From an uncultured Rivularia sp. (GTDB taxonomy: Bacteria; Cyanobacteriota; Cyanobacteriia; Cyanobacteriales; Nostocaceae): 64,000 bases of DNA. The notes below the pieces were generated by a model. That model made no database searches. It was not told the DNA's origin and saw nothing but the letters and a program-made list of their open reading frames with translations. The first letter of the stretch is position 1. Each line of letters begins with the position of its first letter. The position numbers and the translations under genes were made by a program. The DNA lies in assembly GCA_963665115.1 (NCBI GenBank), contig OY762007.1, forward strand, positions 6,688,001 through 6,752,000, given 5' to 3'. Shown piece after piece: positions 42,246 through 52,414 of this stretch.

Positions 42246-43357
42246 TTAGGAGAGCAAAGACAACTGTTCGTTTGGTGGTTTAAAACCCAGATGCTTGTAA
42301 GCCGCAGGTGTTGCTACCCTACCACGAGGAGTCCTTTGTAAATAACCAATTTGCATCAAATATGGTTCGTATACTTCTTCAATTGTTTGGGTATCCTCAC
42401 CCGTAGCGGCGGCAATCGTGTCTAATCCTACCGGGGCCCTCCACTAAACTGTTCTACTATCACGCTTAACATTGTTCTGTCAGTCCAATCTAAGCCGCAG
42501 GGATCTACCTGGAACAGTTGTAGCGCCTCTCCTGCGACATTTTCATTTATTTTACCGGATGATTTAACCTCGGCATAATCGCGAACTCGCTTGAGCAATC
42601 TATTGGCAATACGCGGCGTTCCTCTGGCTCTACGTGCAACTTCTAATGCCCCATCTTTAGTTACTTCGGTTTTGAGTACTTGAGCAGTTCGTAAGACAAT
42701 TTGACTGAGTTCTTCTACTTCATAAAATCTCAGTTTTTGAATTAAACCAAAGCGATCGCGCAAGGGAGAACTCAGCGCTCCGACACGGGTTGTTGCTCCA
42801 ACTAAAGTAAACTTTGCTAAAGGTATACTGCGGGTACGAGCGCTAGAACCTTTGCCTACAGTAATATCTAAACGATAATCCTCCATCGCCGGATATAATA
42901 TTTCTTCAGTCATCCGAGAGAGGCGATGAATTTCATCAATAAAGATAATATCTCCAGGTTTAAGATTAATGAGCAGTCCCATAATATCTCTAGGACGTTC
43001 CAAAGCGGGAGCGCTGGTAATTTTGTAGTTTACTCCCATTTCAGATGCTAAAATCATTGCCATTGTAGTTTTACCCAGCCCCGGAGGACCATAAAGCAGC
43101 AGGTGATCTAATACTTCACCTCTGGATTTAGCTGCTTTGATTGCAATGTCAAGTACATCTTTTAAATCTTTTTGCCCAATATAATCGGCAAATTGCTGTG
43201 GACGAATAGCAACTTCACTATTATCAATATCATCTGTAGCTGCTTGGGGTTGCAAAAGTTTTTCGTCACTTGGTTTTTTCGCAGCTTTTTTCAGATGACT
43301 CTTTTCCTTGTCTGGTTCTTGAGGCTGGGGCTGTTTTTTAGAGGAGATAATCGCCAT
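42246..43357 (-). CDS. ruvB: Holliday junction branch migration helicase; frameshift at ~42433-42439
   Basis: [26 protein letters not shown]-terminus [40 protein letters not shown] continues in another frame to TAA at 42246. Confidence 0.95.
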
Positions 43358-43530
43358 AGTCCGCTCATAGATAGTGTTTTACTTGTTCTAAAAGTGAGAG
43401 CAATGCTTGTTTTCATCACCGTAAAAAATGCGAGAAAACACTGATGCCAAAATTTTTTTTGTCGAGTAAGCTTCGTCAGCTTTAAAATTTATATTTCAGG
43501 TAAATACGATGGGAGTGCTTTCATAAAATC

Positions 43531-44298
43531 ATGCTAGCTAAGAGAATCTTACCGTGCTTAGATGTCAAGGCGGGACGTGTTGTAAAAGGAGTTAATTTTG
43601 TAGACCTTAAAGATGCTGGCGATCCAGTAGAGTTAGCAAAGGTTTACGACGAAGCTGGTGCAGATGAGATAGTGTTTCTGGATATTACAGCTACTCATGA
43701 AGATCGAGGCACCATTATCGACGTAGTTCACCGAACCGCAGAACAGGTATTTATTCCACTCACCGTAGGTGGAGGAATCCAAACCTTAGAAAATGTTAAA
43801 GAACTGTTACGAGCTGGCGCAGATAAGGTTAGTATTAATTCAACAGCGGTACGAAATCCAGACTTTATTAATCGGGCCAGCGATCGCTTTGGTAATCAAT
43901 GTATTGTTGTAGCTATTGATGCTAAACGAAGGTCAGATACAGAGAACTTTGGTTGGGATGTCTATATTCGTGGTGGACGGGAGAATACTGGTTTAGATGC
44001 CCTAAAATGGGCCAAAGAGCTTGAAGAAAGAGGCGCAGGAGAACTATTAGTAACAAGCATGGATGCTGATGGAACTCAAGCCGGTTATGACATTGAATTA
44101 ACAAAGTCAATCGCAGACTCTGTAGGAATTCCAGTAATCGCTTCCGGCGGCGCTGGAAATTGCGAACATATATACTCAGCCGTTACCGAAGGTCAAGCGG
44201 AAGCGGCACTATTAGCATCGCTTTTGCACTACGGACAGCTTAGTGTAGCGCAAATCAAGAACTACTTAAATGAGCGAAAAATTCCAGTGCGAAATTAG
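43531..44298 (+). CDS. hisF: Imidazole glycerol phosphate synthase cyclase subunit
   Basis: [29 protein letters not shown]. Confidence 0.98.
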   Translation: MLAKRILPCLDVKAGRVVKGVNFVDLKDAGDPVELAKVYDEAGADEIVFLDITATHEDRGTIIDVVHRTAEQVFIPLTVGGGIQTLENVKELLRAGADKVSINSTAVRNPDFINRASDRFGNQCIVVAIDAKRRSDTENFGWDVYIRGGRENTGLDALKWAKELEERGAGELLVTSMDADGTQAGYDIELTKSIADSVGIPVIASGGAGNCEHIYSAVTEGQAEAALLASLLHYGQLSVAQIKNYLNERKIPVRN

Positions 44299-44405
44299 CT
44301 TTAGAAAGAAAAAATGAAGCGATTATCAATATCTAAATTAGCTCAACACGGTTCTTAGAAAGGATGTTAATATAAATTAACAATAATTAATATAAATTAA
44401 GAAAT

Positions 44406-44600
44406 ATGTTGATTCCAATTTTAGTATTTGATGTAGCTTTAGTAGCTTGGTCTTTACACCTAATGGAAAGGGCTGTTGAAGACAAAGAATTTTCATTGAT
44501 GTTGGCTGGTATGTTGGTTGCCCTAGCAGCCGCCGCGATGATGGTAGTTTACTTCCTGATGGGGCACTGTATGAGCTACTTACTACAAGCTTCATCATAA
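44406..44600 (+). CDS. Small two-TM hypothetical protein
   Basis: 64-aa ORF with two hydrophobic helices. Confidence 0.6.
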   Translation: MLIPILVFDVALVAWSLHLMERAVEDKEFSLMLAGMLVALAAAAMMVVYFLMGHCMSYLLQASS

Positions 44601-44700
44601 TTTTTTAATTGCTAAATAATTAGTGTTATTGTTATTTTTCTTAAAACTTGTATATTGACAAATAGTAGAGAATTAAGGCATCATTAAAGATGCATTTTGC

Positions 44701-44773
44701 GGGGTTATAGCTCAGTTGGTAGAGCGCCTCAATGGCATTGAGGAAGTCAGCGGTTCGAATCCGCTTAGCTCCA
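44701..44773 (+). tRNA. tRNA-Ala(GGC)
   Basis: GGGGTTA acceptor with G3:U70, AGCTCAGTTGGTAGAGC D-arm, CCTCA-ATGGCAT-TGAGG anticodon arm, GGTTCGAATCC T-arm. Confidence 0.97.
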
Positions 44774-44804
44774 TATTTTGAGTAAGTTATAGATTAAAAC
44801 CTGG

Positions 44805-44877
44805 TGTGACTTTACCCATAACTTTGCCGCAACGGCAAGCTTATGCTTCCAATAAAATGTGGCAAACTTATGGTTCC
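44805..44877. repeat. Transposon end with three putative TnsB-binding sites
   Basis: ttacccataactttgccgc (44812-44830) plus inverted copies ggaagcataagcttgccgt (44832-44850) and ggaaccataagtttgccac (44859-44877). Confidence 0.8.
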
Positions 44878-45047
44878 ATTTTTTCGTTATAATTTTTAAC
44901 ATATGTTCTGTGCTTCATCTTGTCTTACGAAGTAACACATTAATTATGGTTAGCTTAGTGATTTTTTACTTATAAATACTTGACTTTTTCAAATCTTGTG
45001 AAATGAACCGTATTACATAGTGAAGTACATAATGTGGGTTTTAAGCT

Positions 45048-46415
45048 TCATAACCCAAGTTCGCGATTTGCTTCTTTAAGAGCTAATCTAACCTTCTTGT
45101 ATCGGAAGTAACCTGGCTTGGAAACTAGTTTTGAAACAGCAGATTCAGAGGGATATTTACCTTGATTATGTAGCTTTAAAGCAACTAGCCGCACTTCCTG
45201 GCAGCACTCCTCTAATGTTTTTTTATGGTAATCTTTCTGATAGCTGATATACCTGGCAGAAATAGCGCGACATAAATCTGGAAAATATTTGTAAATCGTT
45301 CTTCTATCAATTCCTAACCGTCTAGCTACTTCTTCCATCGATAAAACAGGAGACTCATCATTTGTGAGTAAAGCTTCTAAGTCGGATTTAACTTTCTCAG
45401 AATTAAATGGCTTACTCTTTTTTCTTGATTTGCTTTTAACTTCAGTTGTTAATAATTTCTTTGAGATGCATAAATTATTAGGTTCTTCTGTCAAAAAGCT
45501 GAGAATTGATACTCCAAGAAAGTAACAAATATTTGTTAGTGCTTTAAGAGAAGGTGAATTTTTACCTTTACACCAGAGCCAAACAGTATTTCTGGGAATA
45601 TTAATTTGACGAGCAAATTCAGCTATATTTCCTTCTGCAATTTGCTCAACCCATTTAGATAGATTGAGAGCGATTGTATTAGAAGATAAAGAATCATTCA
45701 AATATGGAGTAGCAGCAATCAATTCTCCAATAGTTTTAGCAATCCATATTTTCTGTTCTAGCTCATTTTTTTTCAAAGTGTTCCTGTTGGCTGATTCTTG
45801 GGATAGAGTCTGCCCTAACCACTTTCCACATTTTGAACAATATCCTGGTTGCGATCGCCAAGCCAGCGTAGTGTTTTTTTGATGACAATTACGACACTCA
45901 AAAATTAATTGATAGTTGTGATATGGGCATATTTCCACTACATCTAGCGACCAAAGTAAAGGCTCATAAATTAATTGTTTTTTCTCGTACCATTCTTGGT
46001 AACAAATTGGACACCAAGCCCTAACAGGGCGCAGTAAATTTCTAGAAGGGAATAATTTACACCAAGTTAGTAAAGTGAGAAAGCATAAATTGTCACGTAG
46101 TGTTAATTTCTGTAGAGCTTGAACTAAGTCCTGTGCCATGACACCGCTACCGTTTAGCGCAGTAGTGTATTTATAGATTTTGTGTAAATTAGCACTTCCA
46201 TACTTTTTGTTAACAAGTGCTGCGAGTTCCTTTTCCATTAAAACCCCTGGATTAACACAATGAGCCTCAGCTAATCGAGATATGTAACCAGTTAAGCTTT
46301 CCACTAATGGAGTGCCAATACCAACAGGCTCTAATTGATATAACCGACTACGAGATGGAATAGCAAGCTTCTTTAAATCCCAAGTTTCGTATGTTTCTAA
46401 TGCACTAGCTAACAT
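45048..46415 (-). CDS. tnsD: Long TniQ/TnsD-like target selector with C-terminal HTH domains
   Basis: ESLTGYISRLAEAH, WCPIC, CPYH, CRNC, CSKC; HTH-like IAEFARQINIPRNTVWLW and MEEVARRLGIDRRTIYKYFP; start set at ATG 46415 overlapping the tnsC stop. Confidence 0.85.
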   Translation of the reverse strand: MLASALETYETWDLKKLAIPSRSRLYQLEPVGIGTPLVESLTGYISRLAEAHCVNPGVLMEKELAALVNKKYGSANLHKIYKYTTALNGSGVMAQDLVQALQKLTLRDNLCFLTLLTWCKLFPSRNLLRPVRAWCPICYQEWYEKKQLIYEPLLWSLDVVEICPYHNYQLIFECRNCHQKNTTLAWRSQPGYCSKCGKWLGQTLSQESANRNTLKKNELEQKIWIAKTIGELIAATPYLNDSLSSNTIALNLSKWVEQIAEGNIAEFARQINIPRNTVWLWCKGKNSPSLKALTNICYFLGVSILSFLTEEPNNLCISKKLLTTEVKSKSRKKSKPFNSEKVKSDLEALLTNDESPVLSMEEVARRLGIDRRTIYKYFPDLCRAISARYISYQKDYHKKTLEECCQEVRLVALKLHNQGKYPSESAVSKLVSKPGYFRYKKVRLALKEANRELGL

Positions 46416-47556
46416 CTTCCTGTACTCCGATAGGATCTCTTTTAGGTTTGCGTTTGCCAACCTTTTTTGAAGGACGGGTAGTTTTTGGAGTTTCTTCTGG
46501 TGGCGCGATTGATTTTGCGCCAAGTCCTAATGCAGAACGTAAGTTTTGTACATCTGCTTCTGTTTCAGATAATTGTCTTTCTCCTTCTTGAATTTCTTTA
46601 AACATCCTCTTACATTGAGCAACCGACCAAGCGCGTTGTTGCAAGTATTTGAGCGAAACGGTTGCTGCTTCTCTATTGAGAGCATCTTTAAAAGCGCGTG
46701 TTAACCAATTTTTCAGTATGCCAACACATCCTAAAGTACGCTCATAAAAATATTCCCAATGACTAACTAAATCTGGAGTTTGTGCTAGCGGCATATGCTG
46801 TTGGAAAGTTAACAATACGCTTTTGAAAGCCTTTACGTCTTCTGGATTATCAGCACAATAGCGGCGAAAATGAATATCAACGCTACGCCGCGAGAGTTGA
46901 CCGCTTAAATTACGAAATGTAAGTAGTTCGTATGTTCCTAATAGACAGTGCAAAATCCCTGTCATATTTGCTAGAGATTTGAGACAATCTAATTGATCTT
47001 GAAGCTTGTGTCCGCTTGCCATCTTGCTAAAATGTTGTGCTTCATCTACAAAAAATACGTCAGGATGGCGATGCTTGAGAGCATTTTCTAAAGCTCTGCG
47101 TAAAGCAGGTGCATATACTTTCGACCCAAAATTTATTTTGCCAAAATTATCGCGAGAGATACCACGCACACCATAATCAAACTTGTAATCGATTAAAGGT
47201 TCTTCTAAGGCGATTAAGGCACGTGTGTAGTAATCTTTCCAATTAAAGTTTCTCGATTCTGGGGCTACGGCTTCAACACCAACAACAGGAACACGACCGC
47301 GATCGCTTTCCAGTAATGATAATGCTAGTTCTGTTAATTTCTGCTCAACACGGAGTCGCAAAGTTGTTTTACCGACACCGCTAGCACCGTAAACAAAGAT
47401 AAATGATGCCCCTGCGGGTTCGGCAATTGTTCGCATGAGGATGTCATAGACTTCCATAAGTCGAGGATGCGCTACGGTGTAATTCTCAAAGTAAGCAAGC
47501 CTTTCTGTAGGAGGTTGTTTGAGGAGTTCAGGCGAAAATCCAGTAGATTTTGTCAT
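46405..47556 (-). CDS. tnsC: Tn7-like AAA+ regulator
   Basis: HPRL, GASGVGKT, FFVDEAQH, QLSRR; lies between transposase and tniQ. Confidence 0.9.
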   Translation of the reverse strand: MTKSTGFSPELLKQPPTERLAYFENYTVAHPRLMEVYDILMRTIAEPAGASFIFVYGASGVGKTTLRLRVEQKLTELALSLLESDRGRVPVVGVEAVAPESRNFNWKDYYTRALIALEEPLIDYKFDYGVRGISRDNFGKINFGSKVYAPALRRALENALKHRHPDVFFVDEAQHFSKMASGHKLQDQLDCLKSLANMTGILHCLLGTYELLTFRNLSGQLSRRSVDIHFRRYCADNPEDVKAFKSVLLTFQQHMPLAQTPDLVSHWEYFYERTLGCVGILKNWLTRAFKDALNREAATVSLKYLQQRAWSVAQCKRMFKEIQEGERQLSETEADVQNLRSALGLGAKSIAPPEETPKTTRPSKKVGKRKPKRDPIGVQEDVS

Positions 47557-47558
47557 AA

Positions 47559-50273
47559 TTAAAACTCCTCGTAAACTACAAGTGTATCTGGGACAATCAC
47601 TTCATCTTCAGCCATTTGAGTATCAGTATTTTCAAAACTAGCTTGAATAATTTTTGCTTGTTCGTTACGGCTTGTTGTTGTTTTCCCGCCGTCAATTACC
47701 CTAAAGACTTCCCTAACTTCTGCATCATAGGAACGCTGTTCTAGTAGAGCTTCTTGTGCTTCTACTGATGCTAAAAATTCTGCTAGATTCTTAGCAGAAA
47801 CTTGAGATTGCCGTCCATGATTTGAGGAGCGTTTGCGTAACTCAGCACTAGCTAACTTCAATTCCTTTTCTGAACGACCTTGGAATTCTGCATAATATTG
47901 AGAAATACACTCTACCCACTGTTTTCCAACAAAAGCGTGAGCGATACCAATATTAAATGGGTCGTATCTTATCTTCACAGAAGTATTTTCAATTTGGGGG
48001 TCGCGAAAACTATTAGACCAGTAGTAGATTGAGTTAATTTTTACACCACGTCCAATTTGAACTTTTGCTTTCCCACTTGAAGTTGTAGGTAGGGTAAGAA
48101 TCTGAAAGTTTTCGTCGTAAGAAATCATGCGGTGAATCCGACTGCCACCAATTGCTATCCCCGCAGCAAATGCATCTCTCGGACTCTGGAAAAGTGCTGG
48201 GTGTTCGTTTGTATCGTAAACTTTGTAAGCCCAAGTACAAAGATGTTCATAAAGTGAACCAAGTGTCCATACAGCAAGATTTTTAGGGTTCACTGATTTG
48301 GTTACTTGGCGGACGTTACGGGTTATTTGTGTATTACCGAGTAAGTTATGGACAAATTGAGTATTGGATGTGCCAAATAGGCGTTCGCAAACCGAACCAA
48401 AACGAGCTTTGGCTGGGGGTCTTTGTTTTTTCGTACATTCAAAAGTAGCTAGTAGTGTTTCAAAGTAAACGCTGTGAAACTCTGTACCGTTGTCTACGAC
48501 TACAATTTGGGGAAGCCTACCGTGACGCTTAACACAAATTCTTAGCGCCATTAAGCAAGAACGATATGAAGGTGAGTCAAAGGTTAGGTAAACTGCCAGC
48601 AATCGCCGTGAGTAAGCATCTACAAGAAATGTCGCCCAAGGTCTGCCAAGATTGCGACCTGTACGAGAGCAAACTAGCTCTACATCTAACTCGGTATGAT
48701 CTATATGTCCAATTTCAAAGGGGCGATCGCCATGTCTTGGGGTAGTTGTAGTCAGTTCATAATAGAAGGATTCATGCTTGTAAGCGGCACGACGACCTTG
48801 ACGTTTTTTAGTTTGTTCGTAACCAGTACGGCGTTTTACTTCTTTGGTAAATGCTTTGTAACTCGGAGCAATTACACCAGATTGTTCGCAAGCTCGAACT
48901 AAAGCCCCGTGAACCTCCCGCATTCTTTTTTGTTTTAAAGTTTCATAGTCTTCTAAAATAAATTTCTCCATAATTGCTAAGGTGTCTTCGGGCAACTTGC
49001 GCTGACGATTACCTTTGACACTGCGATGGGACAAAAGCCCAATGTAGCCGCAACCGTATTTTTGCTGTGCAGTTAGATATTTAGCTTTCCAGTCACGAAT
49101 GGTACGGGCTGATGTTGTTTCGTTTTCTGGGGGATGTCCGTTTAAGTAAGGTTCGATAGTTTTGTAGCGTTCAAGGGCTTCTGCTTGGTCTTCTGGACTA
49201 GCTTGATAAAATCGCTGCCAAGATTCTTTGCTAATAGCTGTTGTTTCTGGTGTTTGGAGACTTGTGATTTTTCCTTGGCGAACCAGATTCTCAAATACAG
49301 CTTTTTTGAGTTCAATTAACTGATTATTTTCTGCGCCAAGTATAATCTCTGTTTTGCCTACGTGGATGATATTTAAACCTTTGCCGTCCCAAATAACAGG
49401 TGTTCCAATGGTTAGATTGATTACAGGAGAGATAGCCGGAAGACTTACACTTGGCTGCTCAACCATTAATCTATAAGCGCTGGCAGTTTCTTCGTCACGA
49501 AAGATGAGACATCTTTCTGGTTCTGCAAGTGGTGTAGTATTTAAATCAAAATAGATTTGCTCTTGCGTAATTAAGGTGTAGATGTCGTCAGATTTAGCAC
49601 CTGTTGACTGTTCGAGTAATTCGGCTAAAGTGATTCCTGGTTGAGACGAAACAATTTCCACTAATGATTGAGCGATCACTTCTTCCACTACTAGGGATTC
49701 GGTTCGGTAATAATCTTCTAAAAATTGCAAATTACGTTGCAAGACCCAATTAATTTCCCTATCTGAACGAATGTGGTAATAAAGCCCAATCTTTTCAGCA
49801 TATACTTCTCCTGGCGGACAATGCCATTGATTATCTTCTTGAGAGTAAAAGTAACGATTGGGGTTTTTCTCTGCTAGTTTTTTCAAATCCTGCTCAGTTT
49901 TACACTCTTCCCAACCAGCAGAATTAGTTCGGATGACAAAGAAATCCGGGGTATGGAAAACGCCTAATTTACGTCCGTTACTTCCTTGATAGTCAAGTTT
50001 AATTTGTGGTGGTTGATCGTAGAATTCTAAAACATCTCGATTGTGTTCTAACTGATAAATAATTGGCAGTTCAACCCGATGAGACTCAAATTGAATTGTG
50101 AATCCCATCTTGCGACTAGGGTAGCGTCCCGAAACATTCTTGCTACCGCCACCAACGCGACGGGATGGTTCAGATGAGCGAACTTTCTCAATTATTTTTT
50201 GCCCTGCCTCGGATATTTGAAGGCGAGCAACCCATTGTTCAAATTGCTCTTTCATATAGTCTTTACTAAGCAC
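47559..50273 (-). CDS. tnsAB: TnsA endonuclease-TnsB DDE transposase fusion
   Basis: N-terminal FESHRVE...YDQP...TPDF...ECK (PD-D/ExK); HIDHT, VDNGTEF, CERLFG DDE triad; Mu-type C-terminus RYDPFNIG. Confidence 0.9.
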   Translation of the reverse strand: MLSKDYMKEQFEQWVARLQISEAGQKIIEKVRSSEPSRRVGGGSKNVSGRYPSRKMGFTIQFESHRVELPIIYQLEHNRDVLEFYDQPPQIKLDYQGSNGRKLGVFHTPDFFVIRTNSAGWEECKTEQDLKKLAEKNPNRYFYSQEDNQWHCPPGEVYAEKIGLYYHIRSDREINWVLQRNLQFLEDYYRTESLVVEEVIAQSLVEIVSSQPGITLAELLEQSTGAKSDDIYTLITQEQIYFDLNTTPLAEPERCLIFRDEETASAYRLMVEQPSVSLPAISPVINLTIGTPVIWDGKGLNIIHVGKTEIILGAENNQLIELKKAVFENLVRQGKITSLQTPETTAISKESWQRFYQASPEDQAEALERYKTIEPYLNGHPPENETTSARTIRDWKAKYLTAQQKYGCGYIGLLSHRSVKGNRQRKLPEDTLAIMEKFILEDYETLKQKRMREVHGALVRACEQSGVIAPSYKAFTKEVKRRTGYEQTKKRQGRRAAYKHESFYYELTTTTPRHGDRPFEIGHIDHTELDVELVCSRTGRNLGRPWATFLVDAYSRRLLAVYLTFDSPSYRSCLMALRICVKRHGRLPQIVVVDNGTEFHSVYFETLLATFECTKKQRPPAKARFGSVCERLFGTSNTQFVHNLLGNTQITRNVRQVTKSVNPKNLAVWTLGSLYEHLCTWAYKVYDTNEHPALFQSPRDAFAAGIAIGGSRIHRMISYDENFQILTLPTTSSGKAKVQIGRGVKINSIYYWSNSFRDPQIENTSVKIRYDPFNIGIAHAFVGKQWVECISQYYAEFQGRSEKELKLASAELRKRSSNHGRQSQVSAKNLAEFLASVEAQEALLEQRSYDAEVREVFRVIDGGKTTTSRNEQAKIIQASFENTDTQMAEDEVIVPDTLVVYEEF

Positions 50274-50468
50274 TTAACGCTTTATTTTTTGGATCTATCA
50301 AACCAGGAACTGCTACGTATTTAGTTTTTATAGTACTAGCGAACTATCGGATATACGCTACGCGCAAGCTGCGGCTAACGCAATACAAGTTTTTCAAATT
50401 TTTGTATTATTCAATGCCCGCTCCACATCAGCTTAAGACCTTGTTTAGCTGATGTTATATTATTTTAA

Positions 50469-50500
50469 CACTTATAGTGTGCAAAACTTCACTGATAGTA
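50469..50500 (+). promoter_or_regulatory. C-box-like tandem operator (CACT-TAT-AGTG ... CACT-GAT-AGTA)
   Basis: Two palindromic boxes 21 bp apart, directly upstream of the Xre gene. Confidence 0.55.
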
Positions 50501-50537
50501 GGTAGATTTTACAGCGATACTAGTTCACTATTATTTT

Positions 50538-50798
50538 GTGGCACTAAAACACTTCAGTATTGAGTACCGTTTTGGCAGAGCGATTAGGCGGCGAAGGCGA
50601 GAGCTAGATTTGTCCCAAGAGGAACTGGCTGAGAAGTCAGGGCTTCATCGCAACTACATCTCAGGTATAGAAAACGGAGAGCGGAACCCTTCATTGAAAA
50701 ATATTGCTAAGTTAGTGGCAGCTTTGGAGATATCTGTCTCCGATCTGTTTGTGAATTACCGCATCGAGGTTAAAGGTGAATCAGAAGCTAGTTCCTGA
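50538..50798 (+). CDS. Xre/C-protein-like HTH regulator
   Basis: LSQEELAEKSGLHRNYISGIENGERNPSLKNI. Confidence 0.9.
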   Translation: MALKHFSIEYRFGRAIRRRRRELDLSQEELAEKSGLHRNYISGIENGERNPSLKNIAKLVAALEISVSDLFVNYRIEVKGESEASS

Positions 50799-50848
50799 CA
50801 TTTGGCTTTTAAAACTAAAGTGCGAGCGTTTAGGTTAATCCCAGAGGG

Positions 50849-51846
50849 ATGACTATGACTATTTACTTAGAACATTGGAACCTAAAACCTCCAGAAATAC
50901 CGCAACGGAGTAGGTTATTTTGTCTTGAACCTGTGGCGGTGGGAACTCCCTATGCAGAAAGTCTTAGTAGTTATCTTCATCGTTTAGCGCAGGAGCATTG
51001 TTTAACCTCTCAAAAACTGGTTATGGGAGAAATTGCGCCACTTATCCTCAAAAATGAAGATAAATCTGAGCTATTGAAAAAAAATGTGAGTCACCTGTTG
51101 GGAAATAGCGACGCTAAACCAGCTATCAACGGAATGCGAGAAATGACAGGACAGTTAGTCACTGTCTTAGAAGAGTTAACAATGCGTCAAGATTTACGCT
51201 TTTTGACCCTTTTAAGCTGGAAAGGAATGATTCATGACAAGGGGTTATTTCGGAACCATCGCGCTTGGTGTCCCCTTGTTGTTTGGAAGAGTGGAAGCAG
51301 GAGAACAAAACTATCTATGAGCCGTTATTATGGTCATTTAAGGACGTAGAATTTTGTTTGATTCACAAACAGCGATTAATAGAAGAATGTCCTCATTGTG
51401 GTTCGCATTTACCTGCGATCGCTAAGTTGTCATCTGCGGGATTTTGTTCTCGTTGTTACGGGTGGTTAGGACAGGAAATTAAAGGCGAAGAGGAAATTGA
51501 GAAATATCGAGTTAAGATTCAAGGAATTAGCGAATTAATTGCACTTACTCCACAATTAGGATATGAACCCATCCCAATCGAGTTAACCCGAAAATTACAA
51601 CTAATTTTGTTAGTGTTTGAACAAGCAATTGGGAAAGATTTGCTGTTATTGGGAGATTTAGGGAGAATTATGGAATCTTTGAAGATAGCCTCAAAAACAA
51701 ATCAAAATCAACCTTATCATTTGGTAAAGTTGATTATTCCCGTGTGCGAGAAGGCGAAGATTAGTGTATCCCAGTTGTTTGGGTCAGATTTTAAGGAATT
51801 GGGCAAGATATTATTCGAGAATTTTGGTCTGGAATTAAAGTTGTAG
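50849..51846 (+). CDS. tniQ: Short TniQ (~330 aa when restored); frameshift at cccc 51272-51275
   Basis: RSRLFCLEP...ESLSSYLHRLAQEH; restored RAWCPCC, CLIH, CPHC, CSRC; no long C-terminal HTH extension. Confidence 0.85.
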
Positions 51847-52414
51847 AAATTTTTAAATAACATTACACCCCAATTCGGGTTTTGCTGAATCGTGCGGATG
51901 AATTGGGAATTTCACATTATATCGGAAAGTGCAGTGCTACGTCTCTACATAGGGTTTGCTGAAAATACTTTGGTTGGAGTTAGGAATGGGAAATACTTTA
52001 ACCTCTATGTGTTGACAGTTTTTTGAAGTCCACAAAATTAGAGATACCTTTGTTTTAAGCCTTATACTCCTATAAAGATTTCACTTTCTTGTCGAAAAGT
52101 CTTTTGAAACGCTTATAGTGCTGCTTGCTATGCAGAATCTCCCTATCATCGAATCGAGTGGCAGTTTCAGAAGATGGGGGGATGCGATCGCCATTCCCTA
52201 TAACAGAACCGCAGTAACAAATAAACTATTATTAGCTGCGATTAAACCCAGGCATGAACGTCACAATCACATAAGAATCACAAAGAACTAAACATACAAA
52301 GTCTAATGATAATAAGGCTTTCCGCCTTTTATATTTTTAAAATGCAATGCTTATGCAGCGTCTCAGTCACATAACAGTGACATAAGAATTATACAAAGTA
52401 GGCTTCAAGACGAT

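Noticed and set aside
46416..46523. N-terminal extension of the tnsD ORF in the track
   Set aside because: It overlaps the tnsC 3' end; ATG 46415 matches the start region of the paralogous TniQ
51847..52260. Possible CRISPR leader or mini-array after tniQ
   Set aside because: No repeat-spacer units found; the segment looks like REP and degenerate MITE sequence (agggtttgctgaaaa... end)
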